Source of the DNA: Synechococcus sp.
GTDB taxonomy: Bacteria; Cyanobacteriota; Cyanobacteriia; Thermostichales; PCC-7336
DNA: 21,656 nucleotides
NCBI GenBank assembly: GCA_051439425.1
Contig: JBFRWD010000062.1
Location: 1 to 21,656, forward strand
Direction of reading: 5' to 3'
Positions 16,440 through 21,656 of this stretch are shown in pieces. Each line of letters begins with the position of its first letter. Within the stretch, counting starts at the first letter, position 1. Under the pieces are notes generated by a model. The model was not told the DNA's origin. It ran no database searches and saw only the letters and a list, made by a program, of their open reading frames with translations. The translations under genes were made by a program, and so were the position numbers.

Positions 16440-17516
16440 ATGTCCGAAACTACGATCGACGTTTTGATGCTGGGGCCAGGGTTAGACGTTTGTGGAGGCA
16501 TGACAACTGTCGAAACGCTGATCTTGGAAACTCCCCTTGAGGATGTCGAGGTCGAGCATATATCGAGCTTCGAAGAGGGGGGGGCCGGACTAAAGCTGGC
16601 TGTATTTTTAACGGCTCTTGGCAAGTTGGTATCGGAGGTTCTTTCCCGCCCCGTCAGTTCGGTACACGTTCACGTTTCTTTTGGTGGAAGTGCGTTCAGG
16701 GCAGCACTGATTGTGTTGCTAATGGCCACTTTCCGCAAGCCAGTAATCTTACACATGCATGGCAGTGACTTCCACATATTTTTTGCCAGCTTGCCTAAAT
16801 TTGCACAACACTTGCTAAGTGCAATTTTCCGTCAGTGTAAATACATGATCGTTCTCTCGGATAGTTGGAAAACCTTTTATTGCAATAACCTCAAGATCGA
16901 TCCAGAAAAAGTCATTGTCTTGCCAAACCCAGTCAAGTTACCTGCAGTCGTTCCCGCTCGCAGCGAAAGCAACACGGTACGCTGTCTGTTCTTAGGCAGA
17001 CTGGGTGAGCGCAAGGGCACGTTTGAATTGCTCCGGGCTTTTGCGGCGCTTCCTGCAGAGACGCTGGAACGGGCAACATTGACAGTGGCTGGAGATGGAG
17101 AAATCGAGAAAGCGAAGCTGCTTGCTGCCGAATTGGGAATTTCCGAGCGGGTGGAGTTTGTCGGTTGGGTGGGGCGAGAAGCTTGCGATCGCCTACTTGA
17201 AGACTCCCATGTCTTTGTCCTACCATCCCACAATGAAGGGCTACCCATGGCAGTGCTGGAGGCAATGGGCTGGGGACTCGCGGTGATTACCACCCCTGTC
17301 GGTGGAATTCCGGAACTAGTCACGCCTGACGATGATGGGCTTTTGGTTGAACCCGGCAAAGTTGAAGAGTTAACAACAGCACTGAAGACCTTGATTGAGG
17401 ATGGGGCCACTCGCCAGCGATTGGGCGAGCGGGCTAGGTCGCGCGTTACCCCCCTGAGTCTGGACACGTATATGGATAAATTGGCAGACCTTTACAAGGT
17501 CATGCATATAGGCTAG
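16440..17516 (+). CDS. Glycosyltransferase family 4 (GT-B)
   Basis: GG motif, HMHG, FLGRLGERKG, FVLPSHNEGLPMAVLEAM (EX7E) and TPVGGIPE. Confidence 0.92.
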   Translation: MSETTIDVLMLGPGLDVCGGMTTVETLILETPLEDVEVEHISSFEEGGAGLKLAVFLTALGKLVSEVLSRPVSSVHVHVSFGGSAFRAALIVLLMATFRKPVILHMHGSDFHIFFASLPKFAQHLLSAIFRQCKYMIVLSDSWKTFYCNNLKIDPEKVIVLPNPVKLPAVVPARSESNTVRCLFLGRLGERKGTFELLRAFAALPAETLERATLTVAGDGEIEKAKLLAAELGISERVEFVGWVGREACDRLLEDSHVFVLPSHNEGLPMAVLEAMGWGLAVITTPVGGIPELVTPDDDGLLVEPGKVEELTTALKTLIEDGATRQRLGERARSRVTPLSLDTYMDKLADLYKVMHIG

Positions 17517-17995
17517 ATACCGAACCAATGTTTAGTCAGTCTGCCGTTGAGTGAGTAGCCTCTCGCGGCGAATATTATCTGTAGGCATTTGGCCCAGTAA
17601 CGGTTTTACAAAGTACTTGCCAATGGGGTGATGCTGTCTTCATCGTGTCATGGCAATCCGCCAGAAGGTCTGGAGGGTTGAGACTGGGAAAGTACTCGAT
17701 CTTCAAGGAAAAGTAGTCAGGGACGTTTCCATCGCAGATTGTCAATCGCTGTAGATGTACGCGTAGTCTTCGATTGAGATGGACTACAGTCAGTTTTTGA
17801 ATGCGGCGTTTGGTACTGGCACCGCAAGCCCCCGTTTGAAGCCTGTGGCCAGTATCAGCAGGCCATGATAAACATAGGGTCGGCACATTTCGATTGGTGG
17901 CGGGTAGATCGTTCGACGAATGTTGCCGTAGAACGGTATAACCACCCATTTTGGGCCGTGTATTTTGCCCTCATGCTTTGATTCAAGAACCCACT

Positions 17996-19681
17996 ATGTC
18001 TGAGAACCGTAGAAGTCGAGCCATCACTGAAGGAATTCAGCGGTCTCCGAACCGCGCCATGCTGCGCGCCGTTGGCTTTCAGGATGAAGACTTCACCAAG
18101 CCGATTGTGGGACTTGCCAATGGTTACAGCACCATCACCCCCTGCAATATGGGGATCAATACTCTGGCATTGCGGGCAGAAGATGGGCTGAGGACGGCGG
18201 GGGCCATGCCGCAAATGTTCGGCACCATCACCATCAGCGATGGTATTTCAATGGGCACCGAAGGCATGAAGTATTCTCTGGTGTCTCGCGAGGTGATTGC
18301 GGATTCGATCGAGACTGTATGCGGTGGCCAAAGTTTAGACGCAGTATTGGCCATTGGAGGCTGCGACAAAAATATGCCGGGAGCCATGCTAGCGATCGCC
18401 CGCCTCAATATCCCGGCCATTTTTGTTTACGGCGGCACAATTAAGCCCGGTAACCTGCGGGGTTGCGATTTGACGGTGGTTAGCTCCTTCGAAGCGGTGG
18501 GAGAATTTAGCGCTGGCAAAATTAGCGAAGACGAGCTGATGGAGGTAGAGCGCAATGCCTGTCCGGGGGCTGGCTCCTGTGGCGGCATGTACACCGCTAA
18601 CACGATGTCCTCAGCGTTTGAAGCGATGGGGATGAGCTTGCCCTATTCCTCAACAATGGCGGCAGAAGATGAAGAGAAGGCGGAAAGCGCTGAGAAGTCA
18701 GCCTTTGTTCTCGTTGAAGCGGTTAAGCAGCAAATTCTGCCCAAGCAAATCCTGACGCGCAAAGCGTTTGAAAATGCCATCTCCGTGATTATGGCGGTCG
18801 GGGGCTCTACGAATTCGGTACTGCACTTGCTGGCGATCGCCAATGCGATCGGCGTTGAACTAACACTAGATGATTTCGAAACGATTCGCGGCCGCGTTCC
18901 TGTTATTTGCGATCTCAAGCCCTCCGGTCGTTACGTAGCGACAGACCTGCATAAAGCTGGCGGCATTCCTCAAGTAATGAAGATGCTGCTTGACCACGGC
19001 CTACTGCACGGGGATGCTTTGACCATCAGCGGCCAAACCATTGCCGAAGTGCTGGCAGACATTCCCTCCGAACCCACTTCCGAGCAGGATGTGATTCGGC
19101 AATGGGATAACCCCATGTACAAGCAAGGCCACCTAGCAATTTTGAAGGGGAACCTGGCCTCCGAAGGCTCAGTCGCCAAGATTTCTGGCGTGAAGAAGCC
19201 TCAAATTACCGGGCCTGCGCGAGTGTTTAACTCCGAGGAAGAATGTTTAGCGGCGATTCTGGACGGCAAGATTGTGGCGGGAGACGTGATCGTCGTCCGT
19301 TACGAAGGCCCGAAAGGTGGCCCGGGTATGCGCGAGATGTTGGCTCCCACGTCTGCCATCATTGGAGCGGGTTTGGGCGATTCAGTTGGGTTGATTACCG
19401 ACGGGCGATTCTCTGGCGGAACCTACGGATTGGTTGTGGGTCACGTTGCACCTGAGGCCGCAGTCGGGGGAACCATTGGCCTGGTGGAAGAGGGCGATCT
19501 CATTACAATTGATGCCGATCGCCGCCTGATTCAGATCGAAGTGGACGATGCAGAGCTGGAGAAGCGCCGTGCCTCTTGGACACCCCCTGCTCCTCGCTAT
19601 ACCAAAGGGATGCTGGCAAAGTACGCCAAGCTAGTGTCTTCCAGCAGTCTTGGTGCCGTGACCGACTTGGATCTGTTCTAG
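17996..19681 (+). CDS. ilvD: Dihydroxy-acid dehydratase
   Basis: [48 protein letters not shown] and TDGRFSG motifs. ATG at 17996. Confidence 0.98.
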   Translation: MSENRRSRAITEGIQRSPNRAMLRAVGFQDEDFTKPIVGLANGYSTITPCNMGINTLALRAEDGLRTAGAMPQMFGTITISDGISMGTEGMKYSLVSREVIADSIETVCGGQSLDAVLAIGGCDKNMPGAMLAIARLNIPAIFVYGGTIKPGNLRGCDLTVVSSFEAVGEFSAGKISEDELMEVERNACPGAGSCGGMYTANTMSSAFEAMGMSLPYSSTMAAEDEEKAESAEKSAFVLVEAVKQQILPKQILTRKAFENAISVIMAVGGSTNSVLHLLAIANAIGVELTLDDFETIRGRVPVICDLKPSGRYVATDLHKAGGIPQVMKMLLDHGLLHGDALTISGQTIAEVLADIPSEPTSEQDVIRQWDNPMYKQGHLAILKGNLASEGSVAKISGVKKPQITGPARVFNSEEECLAAILDGKIVAGDVIVVRYEGPKGGPGMREMLAPTSAIIGAGLGDSVGLITDGRFSGGTYGLVVGHVAPEAAVGGTIGLVEEGDLITIDADRRLIQIEVDDAELEKRRASWTPPAPRYTKGMLAKYAKLVSSSSLGAVTDLDLF

Positions 19682-19719
19682 GTTTGGTCTTGAACTGAAG
19701 TGATTCCGATCTTGAATCG

Positions 19720-19740
19720 ATGCTCGATCCCGAGCATTTT
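19720..19740 (+). terminator. Possible terminator between convergent ilvD and GT4 genes
   Basis: atgctcg-atcc-cgagcat hairpin followed by a short T run. Confidence 0.45.
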
Positions 19741-19744
19741 CGAG

Positions 19745-20965
19745 CTAGCCTGCCGCCCCAACATGCGACATCATCCAATCGATGTGTTGGGGCAATAGTG
19801 TTTTTTGATCGTAATTTTGCACGATCGTTTCGCGGGCATTGGCACGTATGGCTTTCATGCGATCGCGGTTGTCGAGGGCTTCTTCAACGCGATCGGCGAT
19901 CTGCTCTGGAGAGAAGAAATCTACTAATAGACCGTTCTCTCCGTCCTGAATCATCTCGGTGACCGGTGGGGTATTCGACGCCACGATCGCGCACCCCGTT
20001 GACATCGCCTCCATCAACGACCAAGACAGTACAAACGGATAGGTGAGATAAACATGCACGTCGGATGACTGGATGACTTTCAGGTAATCGGGATAGGGGA
20101 GGCCATCCGTGAAGTGTACCCGCGACATATCGAGGGAAAATTCCTCCAGCATGGCTTCTTTATAGGTTTTGCCGTCAGCCCTTGCGGAGCCGTAGCACAC
20201 TCGGTCTTCTCCCACGATGACGACGTGACAGTCTGGTCTTCGTTTTTGCAACAGTTGCACGGCTTCAATAAATTGTGGAAAGCCTCGGTAGGGCTCCATA
20301 CCGCGACTGACGTAGGTCACGATTTCGCTCACACCTGACAAATCTAGTCCGATGTCGGGCAATACCAGCTTGCTTTCTGGGTTGGGTTTGAATGTGTCGG
20401 TGTCGATGCCATCGTGCATCACCGTCAATTTCGTGCGGAATTCTGGAGGAAATTGCTGTTGCTGCCATTTCGTCGGACACAACCCAGCATCGCAGCTATA
20501 TAGGTCGAGCAAGATGGGTGAGTTTTTCGTGCGAATCATGGCCATCGTATTGAGGTCAATCGGATCGCTGGGGTCAAAGTCACTATCCCCCCCTCGACCG
20601 CGATAAAACCATTCGAAATAGCACAGTAATGGAATGTCTGGCAGCGCATCTTTGATATACAGTGTTGGCCCCCATCCCGAATGACCGTAAACTATATCGG
20701 GCACAAAGCCCTGTTGAGCCAAGCTTTGTAACAACCGCACCACAGCCTGCCCCTGGAGCACGGCTTTCTCTAACGTGCGAACGTAATGGTGAACGGAATC
20801 GCTGGGCTCACGCGACACTTCGTAGATCGCCTTGGCGATTCGCTGCATGTGCCCTTCTTCGCGCATCGTGCCAAACACAACCGTATGCTCGGGGTTAGTG
20901 CGCAGAACAGATGCTAGGTGGCGAAATTGGGCCGGGAAGTTGGGGTGAAGGAACAGGATGTTCAC
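19745..20965 (-). CDS. Glycosyltransferase family 4
   Basis: ILFLHPNFPAQFRHL, GHSGWG, YFEWFY, RGMEPYRGFPQF and YLTYPFVLSWSLMEAM. GTG start at 20965 (or 20971). Confidence 0.92.
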   Translation of the reverse strand: MNILFLHPNFPAQFRHLASVLRTNPEHTVVFGTMREEGHMQRIAKAIYEVSREPSDSVHHYVRTLEKAVLQGQAVVRLLQSLAQQGFVPDIVYGHSGWGPTLYIKDALPDIPLLCYFEWFYRGRGGDSDFDPSDPIDLNTMAMIRTKNSPILLDLYSCDAGLCPTKWQQQQFPPEFRTKLTVMHDGIDTDTFKPNPESKLVLPDIGLDLSGVSEIVTYVSRGMEPYRGFPQFIEAVQLLQKRRPDCHVVIVGEDRVCYGSARADGKTYKEAMLEEFSLDMSRVHFTDGLPYPDYLKVIQSSDVHVYLTYPFVLSWSLMEAMSTGCAIVASNTPPVTEMIQDGENGLLVDFFSPEQIADRVEEALDNRDRMKAIRANARETIVQNYDQKTLLPQHIDWMMSHVGAAG

Positions 20966-21028
20966 GAACACTACCTGCTAGTGCTGGCTACATCGCCCTG
21001 TCTACCTCCAACTCATATACTTTGCAAG

Positions 21029-21656
21029 GGGAGTGTCAGATCTGGGATCTCAGCCGAGAGCAATCAGCCTGATAAGCTGAGCAATCCCTGCCTTGCAATA
21101 TGTATCTCGCACTGAATGAACTGCCCCCATTGCACGTCTAGCGACACCACTTGTCTCAAACGTACGACCAATCTTGGCTACCCAGTCTTCCGCTGTCGCG
21201 ACTGCGATCGTACTTTCAACGAGCGAACCGAAACTCCCTTCAATTTCATCGAAGTCCCCACAGACATCGTCTTTCAAGTGCTGTTCAGCCGAGTGCGATT
21301 CAAACTCAGCCTTCGCGATCTGGTTGAAGTCTTCTTGCTGCGAGGTTTCGAGTTCACTTACGAAACGGCGAGGGATTGGGAGGAGCGTTTCACCCACATA
21401 TTTATCGAAGAGCTCAGACGCAAACGCAGAGGAAAAGTGAACCGGAACTGGTTTGTGGACGAAACCTATGTCCGAATCCGAGGGCCCTGGTGCTATCTGT
21501 ACGGAGCGAGCGACTCGGGTGGCAATCTAATCGATTCTGGGCTGAGTCAGAAAAGGGATATGGCTGCAGCCAAAGCCTTCTTCCGACAAGCACTGGAGGT
21601 AGCTGAGCAAGCGCCCGAACATGTAGTCACTGATGGACTGGCATCTTACCCGAGAG
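21029..21656 (+). mobile_element. IS6-family insertion sequence, left part (truncated by window end)
   Basis: Putative left inverted repeat GGGAGTGTCAGATCT at about 21029, followed by a transposase ORF. The right end lies outside the window. Confidence 0.8.
21116..21656 (+). CDS. IS6-family DDE transposase with N-terminal zinc ribbon (partial)
   Basis: Absent from the ORF track because it runs off the edge. Manual translation: MNCPHC...CRDCDRTFNERT...LSLRDL...WFVDETYVRI...YLYGASD..GNLID...KRDMAAAKAFF...VVTDGLASYPR, open to the window end. Confidence 0.9.
   Translation, partial: MNCPHCTSSDTTCLKRTTNLGYPVFRCRDCDRTFNERTETPFNFIEVPTDIVFQVLFSRVRFKLSLRDLVEVFLLRGFEFTYETARDWEERFTHIFIEELRRKRRGKVNRNWFVDETYVRIRGPWCYLYGASDSGGNLIDSGLSQKRDMAAAKAFFRQALEVAEQAPEHVVTDGLASYPR

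Larger units (their letters stand above)
1284..19866. repeat. Dispersed HIP1 octamers (GCGATCGC)
   Basis: At least 20 exact copies seen by eye, e.g. 1284, 2304, 2344, 2436. This is a hallmark of many cyanobacterial genomes. Confidence 0.9.

Noticed and set aside
17575..17949. 124-aa minus-strand ORF or possible ncRNA between GT4 and ilvD
   Set aside because: No recognisable protein motif or RNA family structure.
21050..21397. 115-aa minus-strand ORF
   Set aside because: It is the antisense shadow of the IS6 transposase.
1..21656. Complete DGR cassette or CRISPR array
   Set aside because: I found no reverse transcriptase motifs, no second AAC-rich copy of the VR, no Avd-like gene, no repeat-spacer array and no cas genes in the window.

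Overview
Cyanobacterial chromosomal window, inferred from at least 20 HIP1 GCGATCGC octamers and a phycobilisome linker gene. Most genes are housekeeping or accessory: MscS channel, ABC exporter, Atx1-type copper chaperone, TPMT/thiol-halide methyltransferase, GNAT, M50 protease, HAD-IIB sugar phosphatase plus PfkB kinase, TMEM14 protein, DUF4349 lipoprotein, SlyD-like PPIase, truB, NIL-ferredoxin, phasin-like protein, orphan ureE, two GT4 glycosyltransferases and ilvD. An IS6 transposase runs off the right end. Two things stand out. (1) A ~130-bp orphan segment resembling a diversity-generating retroelement (DGR) variable region (RGGSW...CRSA...GFRVVC) sits directly on the 3' end of the mscS gene, which has an in-frame TAA just before its conserved C-terminal motif. 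No reverse transcriptase, template repeat or rest of the CLec domain is present in the window. (2) A stand-alone gene fuses a CpeC/CpcC-type rod-linker domain to an ApcI/ApcG-like module ending in FxxM, in place of the usual CpcD-like domain. All family assignments come from motif recognition, not database searches.
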